From Clostridium sp. CAG:524 (GTDB taxonomy: Bacteria; Bacillota_I; Bacilli_A; RF39; UBA660): a stretch of 64,000 nucleotides of DNA. The notes below the pieces were generated by a model that was not told the DNA's origin, did not search any database, and saw nothing but the letters and a program-made list of their open reading frames with translations. How positions within the stretch are numbered: the stretch's first letter is position 1; each line of letters begins with the position of its first letter. The stretch lies in contig FR880112.1 of NCBI GenBank assembly GCA_000434555.1, forward strand, positions 161 to 64,160, in the 5' to 3' direction. Below are positions 27,672-35,623 of the stretch, one piece after another. A program made the translations under genes and the position numbers.

Positions 27672-27912
27672 ATAATTAAAATACAAGTTATAACTGATTT
27701 AAAAACAAGATGTATTATTACAGTATGTCTAGTGATATTACTGATAATTCACTTGAATATTATTTAGAAAATACATCAAATGAATGGTGTGAACCAGTAA
27801 ATGATGAAGAATATAACAATTTATAGTAAGTAGTAAAAAAGTGTAAAGATAATAGTAAAAATTCTGTTTATATGTTAAAATAAATGTATAAAAATCAAAG
27901 GGGGAAAGTTAT

Positions 27913-28845
27913 ATGAAAAACGAAATAATTTTATTTGAAAATCAAAATGTAAAACTTGAAGTTAATATGAAGGATGAAACAGTATGGTTGAGTCAAGACC
28001 AAATGGCAAAGTTATTTGGAAAAGCAAAGTCAACTATCAATGAACACATAAAAAATATTTATAAAGAAGAAGAATGCCTTAAAGAACAAACTATGACTAA
28101 ATTCGGAAATTCCGAATTTAATGGAAAGCCAACATATTATTATAATTTAGATGTAATAATTAGTGTCGGTTATCGTGTTAAATCACAAAATGGTATTATT
28201 TTTAGAAAATGGGCAAGTCAAATATTAAAAGATTATATGATTAAAGGATATGCGGTTAATCAAAAGAGATTAGAATATCTAGAAAAAACAGTTAAACTAA
28301 TCGATATTGCTAATAGAATAGATGGAAAATTAAATAATGGTGATGCAAGGGAAATATTAAAAGTAATAGGTAACTATTCAAAAGCTCTTGATCTTTTAGA
28401 TGATTATGATCATAAGACATTATCAAAACCTAAAGGAAGTAATAGTAAAGAACAAATTAAATATGAAGACTGTTTAGATGTGATTAATAAATTAAGATTT
28501 AATGAAGAAAGTGATATTTTTGCTATTGAAAGAGACAAAGGATTACAGGCAATAATTGGAAATATATATCAAACATTTGATGGAAATGATGTATACAAAA
28601 GTATTGAGGAAAAAGCATCTAATTTCTTATATATGATTGTTAAAAATCATGTCTTTATCGATGGAAATAAAAGAATAGCAGCAACTTTATTTATATATTT
28701 TTTAAACTATTATAACATTTTATATAAAGAAGATAAGCAAGTTATTGATAATAACACTTTAACAGCACTAACTATATTAATAGCAGAATCTAATCCAAAA
28801 GAAAAAGAAGTAATAATTGATTTAGTTATGAATTTTTTAAATTAA
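27913..28845 (+). CDS. RhuM-family N-terminal domain fused to a Doc/Fic-type domain
   Basis: The N-terminus ILFENQNVKLEVNMKDETVWLSQDQMAKLFGKAKSTINEHIKNI is RhuM-like. The C-terminus HVFIDGNKRIAATLF fits the Doc motif HxFx(D/N)(A/G)NKR. Confidence 0.75.
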   Translation: MKNEIILFENQNVKLEVNMKDETVWLSQDQMAKLFGKAKSTINEHIKNIYKEEECLKEQTMTKFGNSEFNGKPTYYYNLDVIISVGYRVKSQNGIIFRKWASQILKDYMIKGYAVNQKRLEYLEKTVKLIDIANRIDGKLNNGDAREILKVIGNYSKALDLLDDYDHKTLSKPKGSNSKEQIKYEDCLDVINKLRFNEESDIFAIERDKGLQAIIGNIYQTFDGNDVYKSIEEKASNFLYMIVKNHVFIDGNKRIAATLFIYFLNYYNILYKEDKQVIDNNTLTALTILIAESNPKEKEVIIDLVMNFLN

Positions 28846-28864
28846 ACTGAAAGAAAATAATAAT

Positions 28865-29353
28865 ATGAACAAAAAATTAATAGTTTATTTTTCATATACT
28901 GGCAATACTAGAAAAATAGCAAACATGATTAAAAACAAACTAAATTGTGATATTTTAGAACTTAAGCCAGTAGAACCTTATAGTACTGATTATCAAAAAG
29001 TAGTAGATGAAGAGCAAAATCTTGAAGGAAGTAATCATTTAAGAGAATATCAAGATATAAATGTTAACTTAAATGATTATGATACAATAATACTTGGAAC
29101 TCCTGTATGGTGGTATAGAGAAACACCAGTAATAAGAACATTCTTAAAAGAAAATGATTTATCTAGTAAAACAATAATTCCTTATGCGACAAATGCAGGA
29201 TGGCTTGGTAAAACATTTATCGAAATAAAAAAGTTATGTCAAAACTCTAAAGTAGAGAGTGAAATGAATATTGTCTTTGAAAGTTATAGTAATGAACTTG
29301 TTACATCAAAAAGTGATATAGATAAATGGATTAATGATATAAAAGAATTATAG
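28865..29353 (+). CDS. Flavodoxin family protein
   Basis: LIVYFSYTGNTRKIA FMN-phosphate loop and the GTPVWW block. Confidence 0.8.
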   Translation: MNKKLIVYFSYTGNTRKIANMIKNKLNCDILELKPVEPYSTDYQKVVDEEQNLEGSNHLREYQDINVNLNDYDTIILGTPVWWYRETPVIRTFLKENDLSSKTIIPYATNAGWLGKTFIEIKKLCQNSKVESEMNIVFESYSNELVTSKSDIDKWINDIKEL

Positions 29354-29457
29354 AAAAAAGGCTTTAATTTACAAAAAATATAGATATTTTAATTTGACTT
29401 AATTGCAAAATTAATCGTTGACATTAATTTTAAAATTCAAAAATAATTTATGTAAGT

Positions 29458-29486
29458 TTGACGTTTAACCTTTTATGTGCTATAAT
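29458..29486 (+). promoter_or_regulatory. Consensus sigma-A promoter for the J-domain gene
   Basis: TTGACG, a 17-nt spacer, then TATAAT. Confidence 0.6.
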
Positions 29487-29533
29487 CAAATAACTGATTA
29501 AGCAATGGGGGTTGCAAAAAAAGTGAAATTGAG

Positions 29534-29561
29534 ACTCGTTGTATAATCAACGAGTTTTTTT
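29534..29561 (+). terminator. Intrinsic terminator inside the 5' leader of the J-domain gene (attenuator)
   Basis: ACTCGTTG-TATAAT-CAACGAGT hairpin plus T7. It ends ~13 nt before the start codon and just before the AGAGGGG RBS. Confidence 0.65.
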
Positions 29562-29574
29562 AAGAGGGGTTATT

Positions 29575-30288
29575 ATGAATTATAGTGAAGCATTAAAATT
29601 ATTTGGTTTTACAGGTGAATTTACTGAGGAAAATTTAAGAAAAAAATATTTAGAACTTTCCAAAAAATATCATCCAGATATGGGTGGAAGTGATGAAATG
29701 ATGAAAGCGGTAAATACTGCTTATGATACTTTAAAAGGTAAACCAATTAATTGTGATTCATCATACTATAATACTTTAAAAGAAAAATTACAAATATATG
29801 TTAGTAAAAAAGTTTATGAACCTGGAAGTGCTGAAGAAAAGTGTGTTAATAAAATTAATGAACTTGTAAATTCTTTACCATTGATTTCGGATAAAAATGA
29901 ATTGTATTTAGCATACAAAAGCATATTATCTTGCATTGACTTTATATTAGGAAATTATAGACAAAAAATTTATCACGATATTCCTGATAGATTTCTAAAA
30001 AGATATAATAATGAAAGCAATCCTAAAACAATAGATGAATATATTGAGAAAGTATGTGGCGTAAGAGAAGATTATATGAAAATTGAGAATACATTGAATA
30101 AAATAGTTCAATCAGTGTGTACAGCTATAAATGCAAATAGTTCAGTAGAAATAAGTATACATTATATAAAAAATGCTGTTTTAAATGATATTATTGATGA
30201 TAAAATTAGTCTAGAAGATGGTGTTAATCGACTTTGCCGTGATATAATGACTTTATTTGTGTCAGAGGGACATGAAAAAGAATTATAG
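29575..30288 (+). CDS. Orphan J-domain (DnaJ-like) protein with an uncharacterised C-terminal domain
   Basis: LRKKYLELSKKYHPDMGGSDEMMKAVNTAYDTL contains the HPD tripeptide and J-domain helices II/III. It has no G/F region and no Zn finger. Confidence 0.7.
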   Translation: MNYSEALKLFGFTGEFTEENLRKKYLELSKKYHPDMGGSDEMMKAVNTAYDTLKGKPINCDSSYYNTLKEKLQIYVSKKVYEPGSAEEKCVNKINELVNSLPLISDKNELYLAYKSILSCIDFILGNYRQKIYHDIPDRFLKRYNNESNPKTIDEYIEKVCGVREDYMKIENTLNKIVQSVCTAINANSSVEISIHYIKNAVLNDIIDDKISLEDGVNRLCRDIMTLFVSEGHEKEL

Positions 30289-30329
30289 AAACTTATGATG
30301 CTTTAATGGATAGCTACGCTTGAATGAAA

Positions 30330-30410
30330 GAATCAAATATCTACGATAATGAACAAATTAAGACTAATTTAGAAGTATTCAAAAGTGATATAGATAAATA
30401 GATTAATGAT
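30330..30410 (+). pseudogene. Remnant of a flavodoxin 3' end
   Basis: 30381-30410 (AAAAGTGATATAGATAAATAGATTAATGAT) matches 29309-29338 at 29 of 30 nt. The single difference turns TGG (Trp) into TAG. Upstream similarity is weaker. Confidence 0.45.
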
Positions 30411-30413
30411 TTA

Positions 30414-30436
30414 ATGACACTATGAAGTGTCATTTT
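30414..30436 (+). terminator. Intrinsic terminator
   Basis: ATGACACT-ATGA-AGTGTCAT hairpin plus a T-run. The track ORF start at 30427 lies inside it. Confidence 0.6.
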
Positions 30437-30468
30437 ATTGTGATATAATTTTCTTAAGGAGAGTGACT

Positions 30469-31461
30469 ATGTTATTATTTGATACATTTAAAGATACAAT
30501 ATTTTTAAAAGAAGATTCTACTCTTGAAAAGCAAAGAGATGCATTAAATAAGCTGTTGAAAGAATATTCAAATAGAGAAGATATAGTAGAAGAACTATAT
30601 TTAATTAATAAAGGTATTGCTGGTGAAAAAGAAATAAAATATCAACTTAGTAAATCTAATATTGGTATGTATGTTTTACATGATGTAAATCTTCAAAACG
30701 CTGATTTAAAGGCTCAAGTAGATTACATTATTATTACAAAAGTATGTGCTTATTTTATTGAATGCAAAAACTTAGTTGGAAATATTACTATAAATGAAAG
30801 AGGAGACTTTATACGTGAATTTGTAATTAATAGTAAAAAGATCAAAAAGGGAATGTACTCACCAATTAGACAAGTAGAAGCTCAAAGAGATGTTTTTAGA
30901 AAGATATGGGAAAGTAATATAGATGGAAATGTGCTTTTAAAAGCATTTAAAAAGTACTATGGAAATAAAAATTTTAATGATAATTATAGAGTTTTAGTAG
31001 TAACAGCGAATAATGAAACAATCTTAAACACTAGATATGCACCTAAAGATATAAAAAATAAAGTTATTAGAAGTGATGCATTAATAAGAAAAATAGAAGA
31101 AGATATTAAATATAGTGATAGAAACTTATGGTTGGGTAAGAAAGAAATGGAATCATGGGCAAGTTCACTATTAAGTTATAATGTATCAAATGATATAGAT
31201 TACCATGATTATTATAAGAGTAAATTTATAAAAGAAACAACAATTGATAATGATAATCTTAAAAACAAATTAATTAATTTTAGAAAAGAAAGATCAGCCT
31301 CTATGAATATTCCAGCATATTATGTATTTACTAATGAAGAACTTGATAAATTAGTAGAATTAAAGCCAAAAGATATAAGTGAACTTAAGAGTATCTTAAC
31401 ACCTATAAAGATAAAAACACATGGTAATGAGATTATCAATATAATTAAGGAAAACAAATGA
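30469..31461 (+). CDS. NERD-domain protein with a C-terminal HRDC-like helical domain
   Basis: GEKEIKYQL...HDV...QVDYIIITKVCAYFIECKN is the NERD nuclease-related pattern. The C-terminus IPAYYVFTNEELDKLVELKPKDISELKSI is HRDC-like. The ATG at 30469 follows AAGGAGAG. Confidence 0.7.
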   Translation: MLLFDTFKDTIFLKEDSTLEKQRDALNKLLKEYSNREDIVEELYLINKGIAGEKEIKYQLSKSNIGMYVLHDVNLQNADLKAQVDYIIITKVCAYFIECKNLVGNITINERGDFIREFVINSKKIKKGMYSPIRQVEAQRDVFRKIWESNIDGNVLLKAFKKYYGNKNFNDNYRVLVVTANNETILNTRYAPKDIKNKVIRSDALIRKIEEDIKYSDRNLWLGKKEMESWASSLLSYNVSNDIDYHDYYKSKFIKETTIDNDNLKNKLINFRKERSASMNIPAYYVFTNEELDKLVELKPKDISELKSILTPIKIKTHGNEIINIIKENK

Positions 31462-31967
31462 CATATAGTTTAAAATATAAAACACCAGTAGCCTTTGATG
31501 ATATAGTTTTATATAGTGATGGAGAGTACTTAACTGGACTTATTTTTGATAATGATAAAACTGATTTTAACTATAAGAAATTAGATGTATTTGATGAAAC
31601 TATTAAATGGTTAGATATATATTTTAGTGGCAAAATGCCTGATTTTATACCAAAGATAAAACATACAAATTTAACATCTTTTAGAGAGATGGTATATGAT
31701 ATTAATATAAAAGTACCATATGGAAAAATTATTACTTATGGGGATATAGCAAGTGAAATAGCCAAAAAGAAAGGTATTAAGAAAATGTGTTCAAGAGCAG
31801 TAGGAAATGCTCTTCATGTAAATCAAATATGTTTAATAATGCCTTGTCATAGAGTAATAGGCTCTAATAATAATTTAACAGGTTATGGTGGCGGTATTAA
31901 TAATAAGATAAAGTTATTAGAATTAGAAGGTATAGACATAAGTAAATATAAATGCAAAAGGAAATAG
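31458..31967 (+). CDS. ogt: Methylated-DNA--protein-cysteine methyltransferase
   Basis: PCHRVIG active-site motif. It overlaps the upstream gene by 4 nt. Confidence 0.85.
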   Translation: MTYSLKYKTPVAFDDIVLYSDGEYLTGLIFDNDKTDFNYKKLDVFDETIKWLDIYFSGKMPDFIPKIKHTNLTSFREMVYDINIKVPYGKIITYGDIASEIAKKKGIKKMCSRAVGNALHVNQICLIMPCHRVIGSNNNLTGYGGGINNKIKLLELEGIDISKYKCKRK

Positions 31968-31970
31968 ATT

Positions 31971-32510
31971 ATGAAAAGATGTAAGTGGTGTAATTTAAAT
32001 AATCCAAAATATGTAGAATATCATGATAATGAATGGTGTAAATTAAATAAAAATGATAAATATTTATTTGAAATGTTAATTCTTGAATCATTTCAAGCAG
32101 GTCTTTCATGGGAATGTGTTTTAAATAAAAGAGATAGCTTTAGGAAGTGTTATGATAATTTTGATATTGATAAAATTTGTAATTATGATCAAAATAAAAT
32201 ATATGAGCTTCTAAATAATAAGAATATTATAAAAAATAAATTAAAAATTAATGCTAGTATCAATAATGCAAAAATATTTAAGAGTATACAAAATGAATAT
32301 GGAAGTTTTTATAATTATTTAAAAAGATTCACAAATGATAAAATTATATATGAAATAGATAAAACTCATAATGATATATCAGATAATATATCAAAAGATT
32401 TAATAAAAAGAGGTATGAAATTTGTAGGTACAACTATAATATATTCATATTTACAAGCGATAGGCATCATTTATTCTCATGATAAAGAATGTTATTTGTA
32501 TAAAGAATAA
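31971..32510 (+). CDS. tag: DNA-3-methyladenine glycosylase I
   Basis: RCKWC...YHDNEW zinc-snap N-terminus and the LESFQAGLSW block. Confidence 0.85.
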   Translation: MKRCKWCNLNNPKYVEYHDNEWCKLNKNDKYLFEMLILESFQAGLSWECVLNKRDSFRKCYDNFDIDKICNYDQNKIYELLNNKNIIKNKLKINASINNAKIFKSIQNEYGSFYNYLKRFTNDKIIYEIDKTHNDISDNISKDLIKRGMKFVGTTIIYSYLQAIGIIYSHDKECYLYKE

Positions 32511-32593
32511 TATTTTTTTGTTTGCAACTTTGTTCAATTTTCCTTGAAATTTTCATATAAATGTTGTATACTATGGTTCCTGAGGTGAAGAGG

Positions 32594-33091
32594 ATGAATA
32601 AAATGGGATTGAATAGATTTGATTATAAAACTGATTATATTAAGTTTTTAGCAGTAGCTCTTAGCAGTGATGCAGTTGTTATGGATCAAGGTCTTAAAGA
32701 AATGTTTGAAAAACAAATAATAGATATGTTTCGTGAACCAGATATGTATGCTGATTTATTTATGTTTAAGAAATTTATACTTGGAAACCCTGATATAGAT
32801 GATAAAGTAAAAAAAGATTTACTTGAAAGTATTTGGGGAAGTGATGAAGAATATGATGATATGATAAGTAAACTTGAATGGCAAGTAATTGGAACAATTC
32901 CTGCTAGTGAAGGATTCGTAATTCCTAGTGATAAAGTTAGTATGTATGATTATAGTTTACAAGATTTAGAAAAAATGTATCAAAATCCTGCTTCTGCTAG
33001 AATTATTCATGAAGAAATAGAATTATGTAGAGAATTAAAAAAATTTAAACCTGAAAATAAAGGTGCAGTATTAGAAAAGAAGGTAAATTAG
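32594..33091 (+). CDS. Hypothetical protein (shares a C-terminal module with 21247..22167)
   Basis: The ATG at 32594 follows GAGGTG. I recognise no motif. Confidence 0.45.
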   Translation: MNKMGLNRFDYKTDYIKFLAVALSSDAVVMDQGLKEMFEKQIIDMFREPDMYADLFMFKKFILGNPDIDDKVKKDLLESIWGSDEEYDDMISKLEWQVIGTIPASEGFVIPSDKVSMYDYSLQDLEKMYQNPASARIIHEEIELCRELKKFKPENKGAVLEKKVN

Positions 33092-33379
33092 ATGAAAGAT
33101 AAAGGACCAATAGTATATTGTTATGATGATGATGTTAGAGTAATGATAAGTAGTGATGGAATAGTTTTAGCATCATGTGGGCTAAGTAGTTTGATATGTT
33201 ACGACCCATCAAAAACTTATGAAAGTGAATCAACATTTAGAGGTATGACAGTAGAGGAATTATCAGGTATACTACATGATTATGGAAATGTACATGTTGC
33301 TGAATCATTTGATGAAGTAGTACTTGGAGAACGTAAAAAAACAAATATATTACAAAGAATATTTAGAAATAGAAGATAA
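33092..33379 (+). CDS. Small hypothetical protein, translationally coupled to 32594..33091
   Basis: TAG-ATG junction with no gap. 95 aa with a basic C-terminal tail. Confidence 0.4.
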   Translation: MKDKGPIVYCYDDDVRVMISSDGIVLASCGLSSLICYDPSKTYESESTFRGMTVEELSGILHDYGNVHVAESFDEVVLGERKKTNILQRIFRNRR

Positions 33380-33425
33380 GGTTCTATTTCTTTTATTTTT
33401 TTGATAAAATATATGTGGTGAATAT

Positions 33426-34079
33426 ATGGAAAAGAAAGAGAGAATAATTGTACCTTCATATACTTTAGGAGAAGAACTTGTTAATGCTATATCACACGGA
33501 ATATTTGCATTACTTAGTGTCTGGGGACTTGTAATGCTTATCATTAAAGCACATGGAGGACTAGAAATAACAACTGTTACATTATATGGAACGACAATGA
33601 TACTCTTATATACTATATCTTGTATATATCATTCATTAAGTCCCAGAATAACAGGCAAAAAAGTAATGAGAGTTCTTGATCACTGTAATGTATTTTTACT
33701 TGTATTTGGTACAATCATACCTATTGCTTTAGTTGGAATAGGAGGATACCTTGGATGGATATACTTTGGAATAAGTGCATTTATTACAGTTATAGGTATT
33801 ACTTTTAGTGCTATTAACGTAGATAAAAATCAAAAAATAGAAGTAGCGTGTCACTTAATAAATGGATGGAGTGCATTATTTTTAATAAAGAAACTTATTA
33901 GCAATATTGGAAAATATGGTGTAATACTAATTATTGCAGGAGGACTTATTTATTCAATTGGAACAATATTATATGTTCTTGGATCTAAAAAGAAATATAT
34001 ACATTCAGTATTTCATTTCTTTTGTATAGCAGCATCAATATGTCATTACTTTGCAATATACTTATTTGTTTTGAGGTAG
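33426..34079 (+). CDS. Hemolysin III / PAQR family channel protein
   Basis: Seven TM segments. EELVNAISHG N-terminal motif and the later HSVFHFF motif. Confidence 0.85.
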   Translation: MEKKERIIVPSYTLGEELVNAISHGIFALLSVWGLVMLIIKAHGGLEITTVTLYGTTMILLYTISCIYHSLSPRITGKKVMRVLDHCNVFLLVFGTIIPIALVGIGGYLGWIYFGISAFITVIGITFSAINVDKNQKIEVACHLINGWSALFLIKKLISNIGKYGVILIIAGGLIYSIGTILYVLGSKKKYIHSVFHFFCIAASICHYFAIYLFVLR

Positions 34080-34082
34080 ATT

Positions 34083-34889
34083 ATGTTAGTAATAGAAAAA
34101 GATAAAGATAAAATGAGAAATTATCATAGATGTAAGGATATGATAAATTTAATTGATTATTTTCCTGAACTCAGTCCAATTGTTGATTTAACTATTGTTA
34201 AGGATTATAAAGATTATTTAGATAATTATGATGTAACAAGTAAATTATTATGCACTAGAAATGATACGTTAATTACTAAGCCTTCAATGAAAAGCGTTGA
34301 GACTAAAGGTATAAAAGATAATGTTGAAGAAATATTTAAGAAAATAAAAGAAATAGATAAAGATGGTGTATTAGTATTATTTAATTTAAATCATGAACCT
34401 AGTCAAAGATATAATAGATATGCAGGTATAGCAGTAAGTGTAAGTTTAGGTAATGAGATTATTATTGAAGCAGTAGGTAAAGGGTTTGATGGTAGAGAAG
34501 TATCTAAAGGAATCTGTACTCATGAAAGATATTGTATTCCATGGTATGAAATAAGAAATGTTAGTATTGGTAATTTTAAAAAATATAATACTTATTTAAT
34601 AAAAGATGAAGAATATAAAAATACTAGAAAAGATAGAATTAATTTTTTAAAGAGTGTTATACATAATGAAGATGTAGAAAAATATATACCAGAAAACTAT
34701 AATGAGATACCAGACTTTATATGGATGGATGTAATAAAAAATGTAATAAAGAAATTAGAAAAGATGGAAGATGAACTAAAAAACTATAATATGAATGAAT
34801 TCTCAATAAGTGGCCACACTGAAGGAAAAAGATATTTGCCATGGCAAATGTTTGATAAAAGTAGATATGTAAGGAGTAATCATGAATAA
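34083..34889 (+). CDS. Hypothetical protein
   Basis: 268-aa soluble ORF. I recognise no motif. Confidence 0.45.
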   Translation: MLVIEKDKDKMRNYHRCKDMINLIDYFPELSPIVDLTIVKDYKDYLDNYDVTSKLLCTRNDTLITKPSMKSVETKGIKDNVEEIFKKIKEIDKDGVLVLFNLNHEPSQRYNRYAGIAVSVSLGNEIIIEAVGKGFDGREVSKGICTHERYCIPWYEIRNVSIGNFKKYNTYLIKDEEYKNTRKDRINFLKSVIHNEDVEKYIPENYNEIPDFIWMDVIKNVIKKLEKMEDELKNYNMNEFSISGHTEGKRYLPWQMFDKSRYVRSNHE

Positions 34890-35619
34890 ATATTTAATAA
34901 TACCAATTACTATTATAATAATAGTGTTTATAGGAGTAATAACTTCATTATTTAAGAAGGAAGATGTAAATAATATGATAGATATGAAATTTGATAATAT
35001 TAGTGAACTTGATATTGATACTAAAAGTATAACTATAAATATTCAAAATAGTGATGAATTTAGGGTTAAAACTGATTGTGATTGCATTAGTATTAAGAAT
35101 GAAAATGGTAAACTTGAAATAGAAGAGAATAAATATATAGTTGATAAAATGAGAAAGATTGTATATCTTTATATACCAAGTAATACTATATTTAATGATG
35201 TAGATATTGATATTAAGAGTGGTCTTATAGAAATTGATAACTTAAATACTAAAGAATTTGAAATTGATAATATGAGTGCTAGTATTAAAATAAACAATTT
35301 AAATGTAAGTAGTAATTTTGATATGGATAATACTAGTGGAACAATTGATATAGAAAATAGTAATATTAATAATATTGATACTAATATTAAGAGTGGCATA
35401 ATTAATATAAATGGTTTACTTACAGGTAATAATCATATAGAACTTAAAAGTGGAACAGTTAATTTAAATTTAAAAGGTGATGATTATAGATTTAAAACTA
35501 CTAAAATATCTGGTATAATAAGTATTAATGAAGAAAGGGAGAATGTTAACAGTAATGGTAATACTTTTATTGATATAGAAGTAATAAGTGGTACTGTTAA
35601 TGTGTTAACAAAGTGGTAA
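34882..35619 (+). CDS. DUF4097-like beta-strand repeat protein (membrane-anchored)
   Basis: N-terminal TM helix. Repeated I.I.N / SG.I.I strand motifs (SGLIEIDN, SASIKINN, SGTIDIEN, SGIININ, SGTVNLN). Confidence 0.5.
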   Translation: MNKYLIIPITIIIIVFIGVITSLFKKEDVNNMIDMKFDNISELDIDTKSITINIQNSDEFRVKTDCDCISIKNENGKLEIEENKYIVDKMRKIVYLYIPSNTIFNDVDIDIKSGLIEIDNLNTKEFEIDNMSASIKINNLNVSSNFDMDNTSGTIDIENSNINNIDTNIKSGIININGLLTGNNHIELKSGTVNLNLKGDDYRFKTTKISGIISINEERENVNSNGNTFIDIEVISGTVNVLTKW

Positions 35620-35623
35620 AAAT

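Noticed and set aside
27710-27826. 38-codon ORF (MYYYSMSSDITDNSLEYYLENTSNEWCEPVNDEEYNNL) in the gap before the RhuM-Doc gene.
   Set aside because: It has no RBS and no recognisable motif. It is probably a gene remnant or a chance ORF, so it is not reported as a feature.
29487-29574. A preQ1-I-type or other small riboswitch in the J-domain leader, suggested by a short hairpin followed by an A-rich tail.
   Set aside because: The loop (UGGGGG) and tail do not fit the preQ1-I consensus as I remember it. The downstream gene also has no link to queuosine. It is kept only as an unclassified attenuator.
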